NCBI GenBank assembly: GCA_964459165.1
Contig: CAYWKM010000001.1
Span: forward strand, 1-50,778
Origin: an uncultured Clostridia bacterium
GTDB taxonomy: Bacteria; Bacillota; Clostridia; Christensenellales; Borkfalkiaceae
DNA length: 50,778 bases
Reading direction: 5' to 3'
In this document: piece after piece, positions 25,542 to 33,167 of the stretch
Layout of the letters: each line of letters starts with the position of its first letter
How positions within the stretch are numbered: position 1 is the first letter of the stretch
The notes under the pieces: model-generated
Databases searched by the model: none
What the model was told of the DNA's origin: nothing
Seen by the model: the letters and a program-made list of their open reading frames with translations, nothing else
Translations under genes and position numbers: made by a program

Positions 25542-27368
25542 TTATTGCTCCTTTTTTTCTTTATGTTCGCGAAGGTGCTTTAAAAATCTCTCCTTCGCCT
25601 CTCCGCTCTCGTATTTCTTAAATTCGTCCGAGAGCAAGAACCTCGTGTGTTCTCTGATATGAATTTCATGATCGTCGTATTCGTCCGCTTCCACATCCTT
25701 TTTAAGGAGGGAAACGTTTTCGTCATGCGCCTTGTCCTCATGCAAAGCAGATAAATCTTTGCTCCATTCAAAGGAGGAAAATCCCAACGCGTTCAATACT
25801 CTGTTCTTATTTCCGTCCGGAATTTTTCCGTCCTCGCCGGTTAAGAGTCCCAGCTCGATCAACTGCATCATTTCCGTCCTCACGTTCGCGGGCGAAGTCT
25901 TATCGTCCGTCTCCAAGACGACGTCGTCGGCGCAGATATCGCTGGCGGAAAAATAAAACAACTTCGCCTTTTTTCCGTTCCCCGTCATGCGCACGATCCT
26001 GCGCGAACCGGCAAACTGCCTGTAAAGCCTCAAAATATGACTGCCGATGCTCTTTAACGCGTTGTCGATATTCCCTTCCGTCGAAGACAGGCGCTCGTTG
26101 TACTGTTCCAACAGAATTTTCAATCCCGTCGCGCTCGTCACGTTGGTGGGATTCGTCGAATTTCTCGATATTTCGCTCGTCTCTCCGATCAGAAGAAACT
26201 CCTCTTCCAGCCGTTTTTCCTCCTCGGCGAGCTCCGGGGGAACGCTCCCCGCGCTCATTACCTGAGGAGGAACGCTCCCCTGTCGGTATACGAGAATCTT
26301 TCCGGGAGGAAGTCCCTCTTGTTCGAGCTCGTCCATATCCACCGAACCGTCCTCCACCGTCACGACTCCCATGGAAAGCCTGTTCAGAAATTCATGCTTT
26401 CTGTTCCGCACGGCGTTATACGCCCTCTGCAAGGGAATGAGCCTCTCCACGATGCTCGCCCCGTAAAACGCGCCCGGCATATCGACGCATTTCTGCATGA
26501 CGAAGGGAAAATCCCTTCCGCCGAACTTGGCGTTTCGATAAGGAAGGACGCCGGTATAGAGCAGCTTCCCGCCTGCGGCGATCTCCACTTTCCCTTCGGG
26601 AAACTCCTTCGTCGGTCTCGTATACCGTTCGACGACGACCTCGTAATCGTGCAGCGTCGTACTGTTTCCGCCCGACGCCGTCTGCTCGAGCTCGGACGAA
26701 GCGGAATAGGGCGCGAGCGAAAACTCCGCGATGTCCCTGCCCGCCACCCATACGCCGTACATCTCGTGAATTTTTCCGCACGGCATGGCCTTCGCGTGAA
26801 TGAGCGAATGAACGCTTTCGAGACTTTCCGCCGCCAAATTATCGGGATAGACCTCGTAGGGGGAAAGCGGAATAATCTCCACGTTTCCTTCGTAAATCTT
26901 CCCTTCCTCCGACGATCCGATCTCCATTCCGAGATCGCCGTTCCATATAACCTTGTAAAACGCCGTGCCGCACACCTCCGACCACATCGTTGCGCGGGTG
27001 ACGGCTTCGTCCAGCTTGCAGTCTTCCTTAACCGTGTCGATGATCCCTTTGGCGAGAGAGGCGGCGTATAAATCCCCCTCCTCGTCGGAAGCGGGACGCG
27101 CATAAATTTGCGGCCTCATCTTGATGAGCTTCGCGATTCTCGTATCGACGACGGGAGCGATGTGATTGAAAACTCTTCGACTCTGCCAGTAAAACTGCTT
27201 GTCCTCCGTATAAATATCTCCGTCCGGACCGATATCGCAGTATTGCATGCCGTTTATAAAATTCATATTCAATTGCCAACCGCGTTCAATCGAAAGTCTC
27301 TGCAGCTTTCTGTTCTCGTAATCCTCTAAAATATCTTGCGCAAGTCCTTTCTCTTCCTTCTCATCCAT
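25542..27368 (-). CDS. Phage portal protein
   Basis: 608 aa, positioned directly after the terminase genes, with a helical basic/acidic C-terminus. The size and position fit a podovirus-type portal. Confidence 0.7.
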   Translation of the reverse strand: MDEKEEKGLAQDILEDYENRKLQRLSIERGWQLNMNFINGMQYCDIGPDGDIYTEDKQFYWQSRRVFNHIAPVVDTRIAKLIKMRPQIYARPASDEEGDLYAASLAKGIIDTVKEDCKLDEAVTRATMWSEVCGTAFYKVIWNGDLGMEIGSSEEGKIYEGNVEIIPLSPYEVYPDNLAAESLESVHSLIHAKAMPCGKIHEMYGVWVAGRDIAEFSLAPYSASSELEQTASGGNSTTLHDYEVVVERYTRPTKEFPEGKVEIAAGGKLLYTGVLPYRNAKFGGRDFPFVMQKCVDMPGAFYGASIVERLIPLQRAYNAVRNRKHEFLNRLSMGVVTVEDGSVDMDELEQEGLPPGKILVYRQGSVPPQVMSAGSVPPELAEEEKRLEEEFLLIGETSEISRNSTNPTNVTSATGLKILLEQYNERLSSTEGNIDNALKSIGSHILRLYRQFAGSRRIVRMTGNGKKAKLFYFSASDICADDVVLETDDKTSPANVRTEMMQLIELGLLTGEDGKIPDGNKNRVLNALGFSSFEWSKDLSALHEDKAHDENVSLLKKDVEADEYDDHEIHIREHTRFLLSDEFKKYESGEAKERFLKHLREHKEKKEQ

Positions 27369-27624
27369 TGTTTTCCGCCTCCTTCAAAAGATTCTCCAAC
27401 ATCTCTCTTTCTCTTTCCAATTCCTCCTCGCTCTTGCCCGATAGATCCTCGTTCTCCAAAAGGAACATGATCGCTTTCATATCGGGGGGAATCTCTTTCT
27501 TCGTCCTTCGCTTTTTTACGACGTGAAATTCTCCGTCCTCCACGGCAAAATCCTCCGTCACCTCCGAAACGCTGTATCCCGAAGCGAGTTTTTTAATAGC
27601 CTTGGTTATCTTTGGATCTGTCAT
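27361..27624 (-). CDS. Small terminase-like mini-protein (TerS-like), located downstream of TerL
   Basis: 87 aa. LASGYSVSEV and KKEIPPDMKAIMFLLEN resemble the aGYS... and PPDxxAxiFwLkN segments I recall from small terminase subunits. It overlaps the TerL 3' end by 32 nt and the portal start by 8 nt. Confidence 0.4.
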   Translation of the reverse strand: MTDPKITKAIKKLASGYSVSEVTEDFAVEDGEFHVVKKRRTKKEIPPDMKAIMFLLENEDLSGKSEEELEREREMLENLLKEAENNG

Positions 27625-29038
27625 TTTTCAGTTTCCTCATCCTCCTTTCCTTGTCCCTCTGCACCTCCGTCTTTTCCACGATCTGTTTGGGAGGCTGAGG
27701 TCTCGACATGATATAGTATCTCAGCTCGTCCATGGAATGGTCGTCCCTCTTCACGGGCGTATCGTTGCTCCCCCAGAAATATCCCTTCATCTCGCGGATC
27801 ATGTTCACGCAACAGCTGAAAATATATAAATTGGGGAAAGAATTGTTTCTGTTTAAATAGCTCTTTACCCTCGAAATCCCCGAGAAAACGTCCTTGTCGA
27901 CGTGGGTATTGACGAGAATCCCCCTTTCATAAAAGAGCTCCGATACGCTCTTGGCGTACGCCAACGTCTTTTGATTCGCCGCGCTGTCGATGAGCGCTTC
28001 TATCCTCCCCTTCGCGTCCGTATGCCATCCGATTTTCTTGCAGATCTCTTTGATCTTCGCCGAGTGATAATCGACGTCCTTTCCCGATTCGTAATGCTCG
28101 TAAACCACGTATACGTTTCCGTCGTAATCTACGGCGTACCAATGCGCGGAAAGGGGGTTGTTCAGTCCGGGATCGATCGAAATGTTGTCCTGCCATTCAA
28201 ACGGTACGGAAAAAGGCTCTATCACGTGTACGCTCTCGTCAAAGGAGGGATAGACCAATCCCGCGTTAGAGGCGAATCGCCCGTATCTCCTGCTTTGCAG
28301 CTCGCTTTCGTCCATACTGCTTTCAAGCAGCTGAATTTCCTTTTTGTCGAGATAGGGATTATCCGACCATTCCATAAATTCATACCAGACCTCGGGATTG
28401 TTCTTTCGGTTCATGTAGATTTCGTCGTACACGTACGTAAGTCCCTTCAAAGGAGTCATCGTCGCAAACAGATCCCCCTTGCGATCGATCACCCTCATGC
28501 GACATTCCTCATAAACGTCCTTAGGAGGCTCCTCGTCGAACCAAACGTAGTCGAGCGAGCTTCCCTGAAATTTTTCTCTCCCCTGATCGCAGCTTTTAAA
28601 ACCGATCACCGAAATTCCCCCGAACACGTTTTTCACGCGGATAAAATCGATGATCCCGTTTTCCGGACTTCCCTTTCTCCCGCTTATCATCACGATCTCG
28701 TCTATCCAATCCTTCCTGAGATAATAAAGAATCTTTTTTTGCGCGACGTCTCTCTGTACCTGTTGCGATAAGGACACTACCCATCCCTCCGTATTTCTTC
28801 TGTTTTTTCGGTAAGGATGAATTCCCCTCGCAAAATAAACGCATTCGACCGCGCCGCACTCCGTCTTGCCCGAACGATTTCCCCCGAAGACGAAACGAAT
28901 CCTCTTTTTGCTTTTATGGAAGGCGATCTGCTTCCTGTGCCTCTTCTTTCCGGTATTGTATTGAGCGAGCTTGTCCGATTTTTTTCTCCTCTCTATCTCC
29001 TTTTCAATCTCGGCCAATCTTTCTTTGATATTATTCAT
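27593..29038 (-). CDS. terL: Phage terminase large subunit
   Basis: Walker A FGGNRSGKTE, Walker B LDYVWFDEEP and the C-terminal nuclease motif RDDHSMDELRYYI. 481 aa. Confidence 0.85.
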   Translation of the reverse strand: MNNIKERLAEIEKEIERRKKSDKLAQYNTGKKRHRKQIAFHKSKKRIRFVFGGNRSGKTECGAVECVYFARGIHPYRKNRRNTEGWVVSLSQQVQRDVAQKKILYYLRKDWIDEIVMISGRKGSPENGIIDFIRVKNVFGGISVIGFKSCDQGREKFQGSSLDYVWFDEEPPKDVYEECRMRVIDRKGDLFATMTPLKGLTYVYDEIYMNRKNNPEVWYEFMEWSDNPYLDKKEIQLLESSMDESELQSRRYGRFASNAGLVYPSFDESVHVIEPFSVPFEWQDNISIDPGLNNPLSAHWYAVDYDGNVYVVYEHYESGKDVDYHSAKIKEICKKIGWHTDAKGRIEALIDSAANQKTLAYAKSVSELFYERGILVNTHVDKDVFSGISRVKSYLNRNNSFPNLYIFSCCVNMIREMKGYFWGSNDTPVKRDDHSMDELRYYIMSRPQPPKQIVEKTEVQRDKERRMRKLKNDRSKDNQGY

Positions 29039-29055
29039 ATTTCGTCAATAATACT

Positions 29056-29085
29056 TTCACAACCTCCTTTTTTGAAATCTATAAT
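29056..29085 (+). promoter_or_regulatory. Promoter of gene 29092-29835 with leaderless-type spacing
   Basis: TTCACA (29056-29061), 18 nt, TATAAT (29080-29085), then 6 nt, then ATG 29092. No Shine-Dalgarno is present. Confidence 0.5.
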
Positions 29086-29091
29086 AAAGCC

Positions 29092-29835
29092 ATGAAAATA
29101 AAACGTTTCCTTCTTCCGTTGACAGCTCTGCTCGTCATGATTTTTCTGTTCCCTTCAAAAGCTAAAAATGCGAACGCGGAAACCGGCGTCTATGCGTGCA
29201 TCGTCAACGGCGACACCTATTTATACGAGACGCAGAGCGAAGAAAACGGCATATTTATTCTGCCGCAATCCTATTATGTGAAGGTTCTGAGCAAAGGAAG
29301 CTCCTTCTGTTACGTGCAATATCTTGAAAACGTCGCCGAATTTAAAAGCGTCTTCGGCTACTGCAAGACGGACGAGCTCCTCTTTGTCGATTATACGCCC
29401 CTGCGCCCCTATCTTTACCTCACGTTCGACGTCAAATATTACATCGACGGCTCTTCGGATCTGTTTTCGACGGAAAACATTCTCTCCTCCTTCTCCTATC
29501 AGTGCGTTTATTACGGCGATTATATCGTCGGATCCGCCCGATATTCCTATGTATTGGTCAACGGAGCCTACGGCTACATTCCTCAGGCGCAACCCGTTTC
29601 CTATGAAATGAATACGGATTATCTCTCCTACATCGTGTCGTTAGACCCGCCCGAAGAGGACGAGGACCTCTCGGAAGACGCGAAAAATACGGAAGATTTG
29701 ACCGACGGGCAAGAAGAAAGCGACAATCGGGGAATTATCGTCGTCTGCGTCGCCGGACTCGTCGTCATAGCCGCGACTGCTCTGGTCGTCATTTTGAAAT
29801 CCGGCAGGAAGAAACAATATTATTACGACGACTGA
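29092..29835 (+). CDS. Secreted, C-terminally membrane-anchored protein with two SH3b-like halves
   Basis: Signal peptide MKIKRFLLPLTALLVMIFLFPSKAKNANA. SH3-like segments YACIVNGDTYLYETQSE...YYVKVL and YSYVLVNGAYGYIP. An acidic linker, a TM helix IIVVCVAGLVVIAATALVVIL and the tail KSGRKKQYYYDD follow. Confidence 0.65.
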   Translation: MKIKRFLLPLTALLVMIFLFPSKAKNANAETGVYACIVNGDTYLYETQSEENGIFILPQSYYVKVLSKGSSFCYVQYLENVAEFKSVFGYCKTDELLFVDYTPLRPYLYLTFDVKYYIDGSSDLFSTENILSSFSYQCVYYGDYIVGSARYSYVLVNGAYGYIPQAQPVSYEMNTDYLSYIVSLDPPEEDEDLSEDAKNTEDLTDGQEESDNRGIIVVCVAGLVVIAATALVVILKSGRKKQYYYDD

Positions 29836-30352
29836 CGAACGCATCCTCCTTCGGGATAAACCGAAAGCTGCAGCCCTTTCCTCGAAGAAAGCATTCGTCC
29901 TTTCCCTCCGTCACGTTGCAATAGACGCGCATGACGATATCGCTCGAAGAAAACTCCGTCAGAAAGACCTTCTCGTCGTAACCCGCCGCATGAAGCCGCA
30001 CGGAAATTTTTTTGGTGACGCTCCGTATTTTCCGAAAAAAGCTGCTGTATGAAAAGGGAAATTCGTAATTTTCATATTTTCCGTAAAGCAGCCGCTTCCT
30101 TCGGAAATATTTATATTCGATCAGACATTTTTCGTCCTCCGAAAGCCCCGCGAGAATCCCTTCCATCGTCTGTCGAAGCTTTTCAAGCGCGCCGACGAGA
30201 AACGTATCGTCGATGATTTCGTCAATATATTGCAGCGTTCGGGAATCGGCGGACGAGCTTTTGATCATCGCGTCCGCAAGACGGTAATACATCTTCTTCA
30301 AATATCCGATTTTCGGATACAGGTATAAAACCGTCTTCTCGTATTCAAACAT
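29789..30352 (-). CDS. Small sigma-70 region-4-like transcription factor (ArpU/Xpf-type late activator candidate)
   Basis: Start at ATG 30352, with an AGGAGG Shine-Dalgarno 7 nt upstream. LSEDEKCLIEYKYFRRK...FSYSSFFRKIRSVTKKISVRL resembles region 4.1/4.2. The 3' end overlaps the convergent gene 29092-29835 by 47 nt. Confidence 0.45.
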   Translation of the reverse strand: MFEYEKTVLYLYPKIGYLKKMYYRLADAMIKSSSADSRTLQYIDEIIDDTFLVGALEKLRQTMEGILAGLSEDEKCLIEYKYFRRKRLLYGKYENYEFPFSYSSFFRKIRSVTKKISVRLHAAGYDEKVFLTEFSSSDIVMRVYCNVTEGKDECFLRGKGCSFRFIPKEDAFVSRRNNIVSSCRISK

Positions 30353-30382
30353 CTCCACACCTCCTTTATTCGAGATAAAATC

Positions 30383-30396
30383 CGAACATTTGTTCG
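30383..30396. promoter_or_regulatory. LexA (DinR) SOS box / Cheo box
   Basis: CGAACATTTGTTCG is a perfect CGAAC-N4-GTTCG palindrome. It lies 14 nt downstream of a minus-strand TATAAT (30415-30410) and 31 nt upstream of ATG 30352. Confidence 0.6.
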
Positions 30397-30594
30397 TGCT
30401 TACAAATATATTATAGCTTGATATTTGGAAATTTGCACGGGTATTTGTCAAAAATTTTGATTTGTTTTTTATTTTTTTTGATTTTAAGGGAAAATCGGAG
30501 AAGTCTTACGAGCTTTCGCGAAAAATCGTTCACGGATTCAACGCCGCGCTCCTTAGAGCGTTTGAAACATCCGCTGAAAGCGAAATAAAAAATC

Positions 30595-30623
30595 TTGTAA
30601 TTTATTCAGGAGTATGTTATAAT
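30595..30623 (+). promoter_or_regulatory. Strong sigma-A promoter of the large surface protein gene
   Basis: TTGTAA (30595-30600), 17 nt, TGT-TATAAT (TATAAT = 30618-30623). The -10 overlaps the first ATG (30622). ATG 30631 lies 7 nt downstream. Confidence 0.6.
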
Positions 30624-30630
30624 GTTTTAT

Positions 30631-33159
30631 ATGAAAAGAATAAAATCGATTACGCCAATCTTTTTATCGATCCTCGCCGTAGCCGCAGGGTTTTTCGCCT
30701 TGCGCTTTTCCGACGAAGGACAGACGGGATCCGCCGCGTCTTATACGGAAGTGACCGCCTCCTCTTCCTTTTTGTCGATTCCCGACGGGTACGAGCAATA
30801 CCTCGATCTTCAAAATCCGACCTCCGTCGCTCACAGCGAGGCTTACTTTGCTATATCGGACGCCAATATCGTCTATCTCTACGATCAGGAAAAAGGCGTA
30901 TATACCGCCTACGAACACACGTATAATACCGATTCGCGCATGAACGAGATCTCGCAGATCAGCTTCGCCTCCGACGGAAATCTTTATTTCACCGATTCGT
31001 CCTCCTATCTTTTCCGTCTCGATTGCTCTACGCTCCTATCGACGCGCACCGCTATTTCCTGCAACGTCTTTGCCGTCGACGGAGACGTCGTCTACTATTC
31101 CACGATTGCAAGAGGAAAAACCTATATTTCCTCCGTTCCGATTTCCTCGCCCGACCCCGAACAGGCGAAAAGCTGCGCCTCCTATCCGGGATCGACGTTA
31201 CCGGCGATCGTCGTCGACGACGGAACGCTTCTCTATGTGAATATGTTCTATCTTACGAACGTTCTTCTCGACGAAACGATCGCTCTTTCCATCGACGAAA
31301 CCGTCGTTTCCGCGGCGTCCGACGACGGCGTTCTCTATCTCTGCGGAGCCGAAGGCTCCTTCGTCGTATACGATTACTATAACTCGAAGGTTCTTCGGCA
31401 ATACGAAGGCGAATATTATTACGCGGAAAATTACGAAGACTACGTCTACGTCGTCGACAGCCGTTCCGTCTCCCGTTTCGATAAGCGGACCAATGAATTT
31501 ACCTCCTATCGGATATGCTCTTCCTCTTCGGCGGAGAACAGACTTTCCAACGCAGTCGACGCCGTTGTATGCGGCAATGCGCTCTATATCGCCGACGCCG
31601 ACAATAGCCGCGTTCTCCTATACGACACAGAAAAAAATTCTTATCAAACAATCGCAACGGCCGCCACTCCTTTGGAGCTCTCGGCGGATGACTCCACCGT
31701 CCTCGTCAACAGCGGAAACGAGTGCGCCGTCTACAACTTAAAGGGAGAGCTTCTGTTCAGCTATTCCGATCTCTCGGGCGGAGAGCTCTTTCTCTCCTCC
31801 GTCAACGTGTACGGAACGTACTACGTCGTCACCTCCAACAATTATTTTTGCAAAATTTACCGGGACGAAAACGGGGAATATAAGGCGGAAAAAGCGTCGA
31901 AAACCCTACGATCCGTCGCGCAGGAAGTTTCTTCCGATCTTTACGGGAATATTTACGTTTATTTTTCAGACAATACCGTTTACCGCTTCACCGAGAATAA
32001 CTTTACGCGAACAAACGAAGCCGGCGCCTATTGTTATCTGTTTCCTTCGAACGTCTCTCACTTTTGCGCGGATTACGCAGGCAACGTATACGGCATGAGC
32101 GGAAACAATCTTTTTTCCAGCTCCGGAGATTATACCGCGTTGAATTGTTCGGACAGCGTATACGCCTCCGAAAGCGCGCCGATTAAGACCGTCGTCGGCT
32201 TTTCCTCCAACCGCGTTTATATTCTCTATCGCAATTACGTTCTCTATACCGATATTCTTTCTATTCCCGCTCTCAACAATATTCCCTCGCAGAATGTTTC
32301 TTCCGGAATTTTCGGCAGCGCCGATACGACGCTCCAAGTATTGAACGTAAAAGCCGGATCCATTCTCATCGCCTTCGATTTGGATTCCTTAAAGGGCTCG
32401 ACCGTATTTCCCTATCTGAATTACGATCGGACGACGGAGGACAAGCAGTGCGTCAAGCTCGGAGAAACGGACAATTATTACGTCGTGTCCGTATTCGATA
32501 ACGACACGAAAAAATATACGGCGAGCATCGTTTTGAAATCCTCTTGCGAATCCGTCGATTCCTCCTATCTTTTCACCGAGGCGACGGGATTTGAAAACGG
32601 ACAAGGCTATGCCTCGAACGACGTCGCATTATTCCGTTACCCCTTCTTATCCGAATCGCTCTCAATCGTTACGATAGAGAAGGGAAGCGCCGTCAATGTC
32701 TTTGGAACGGTTACCCTTAACGAGGGGGCTGATTATCGCTATTATTACGTCGGCGTGGAGACGAAAGACGCAAGCTATATGGGCTACGTTCCCGTTTCGT
32801 ATATTTTGCCCATACAGATCTCCTCCGCCGATAAAACCATTCTTTCTTACGGCTATATTTCGACAACCGATCCGACCTTCCTTATGACGGCGGAAGACGG
32901 AAGCACGATAGAAGTATCGACTTCCGAAAAATTCAGCATATACGACGACCCCTATTCCTCCCCGACGGTGACGATCGGATATACCGACGAAAACGGAAAA
33001 GTGTACTATACGACCGTTTCGTCCTCCCTTTTAACGGCGACCGATACCGGGCAGCTGAGGACCTTTATCATCATCGTCATTATCGTCGTCGCGCTGATTA
33101 TTTTAACGGATTACTTCATTCTCCGCAAACGCCGAAACGAAGACGACGATTACGATTAA
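30631..33159 (+). CDS. Large secreted, C-terminally anchored protein with beta-propeller-like repeats and SH3-like C-terminal domains
   Basis: The ORF opens at 30622, but the promoter geometry favours ATG 30631 (MKRIKSITPIFLSILAVAAGFFAL, a signal peptide). Many blade-like repeats are present (LYFTDSSSYLFRLD, ALYIADADNSRVLLYD, NIYVYFSDNTVYRF and others). The SH3-like region reads VALFRYPF...AVNVFG...YMGYVPVSYIL. A TM helix and the tail RKRRNEDDDYD follow. Confidence 0.7.
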   Translation: MKRIKSITPIFLSILAVAAGFFALRFSDEGQTGSAASYTEVTASSSFLSIPDGYEQYLDLQNPTSVAHSEAYFAISDANIVYLYDQEKGVYTAYEHTYNTDSRMNEISQISFASDGNLYFTDSSSYLFRLDCSTLLSTRTAISCNVFAVDGDVVYYSTIARGKTYISSVPISSPDPEQAKSCASYPGSTLPAIVVDDGTLLYVNMFYLTNVLLDETIALSIDETVVSAASDDGVLYLCGAEGSFVVYDYYNSKVLRQYEGEYYYAENYEDYVYVVDSRSVSRFDKRTNEFTSYRICSSSSAENRLSNAVDAVVCGNALYIADADNSRVLLYDTEKNSYQTIATAATPLELSADDSTVLVNSGNECAVYNLKGELLFSYSDLSGGELFLSSVNVYGTYYVVTSNNYFCKIYRDENGEYKAEKASKTLRSVAQEVSSDLYGNIYVYFSDNTVYRFTENNFTRTNEAGAYCYLFPSNVSHFCADYAGNVYGMSGNNLFSSSGDYTALNCSDSVYASESAPIKTVVGFSSNRVYILYRNYVLYTDILSIPALNNIPSQNVSSGIFGSADTTLQVLNVKAGSILIAFDLDSLKGSTVFPYLNYDRTTEDKQCVKLGETDNYYVVSVFDNDTKKYTASIVLKSSCESVDSSYLFTEATGFENGQGYASNDVALFRYPFLSESLSIVTIEKGSAVNVFGTVTLNEGADYRYYYVGVETKDASYMGYVPVSYILPIQISSADKTILSYGYISTTDPTFLMTAEDGSTIEVSTSEKFSIYDDPYSSPTVTIGYTDENGKVYYTTVSSSLLTATDTGQLRTFIIIVIIVVALIILTDYFILRKRRNEDDDYD

Positions 33160-33167
33160 AAGCAGCA

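Larger units (their letters stand above)
21172..29038 (-). mobile_element. Phage-derived head-morphogenesis/DNA-packaging module (podovirus P22-like gene order), without tail, lysis, replication or integration genes
   Basis: Eight co-directional genes with overlapping or abutting ends: TerL, TerS-like, portal, scaffold, capsid and three more. Flanks are non-phage genes. See the individual CDS entries. Confidence 0.75.

Noticed and set aside
26319-27103. Alternative-frame ORFs of 250 aa (+) and 239 aa (-) inside the portal gene
   Set aside because: Both are Arg/Ser/Pro-rich and feature-less, and they lie entirely within the 608-aa portal frame, which fits the operon spacing.
29039-29075. A 9-codon mini-ORF (GTG AAA GTA TTA TTG ACG AAA TAT GAA TAA) upstream of and overlapping the TerL ATG, preceded by AAAGGAGG, as a possible coupling uORF
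   Set aside because: The GTG is only 2 nt from the end of the SD-like element, which is too close for initiation. The element also sits in the spacer of the divergent plus-strand promoter and is probably coincidental.
30462-30926. A 154-aa plus-strand ORF spanning the divergent promoter region and the 5' end of the large surface-protein gene
   Set aside because: It is out of frame with the convincing signal-peptide frame, starts in T-rich promoter DNA and has no Shine-Dalgarno.
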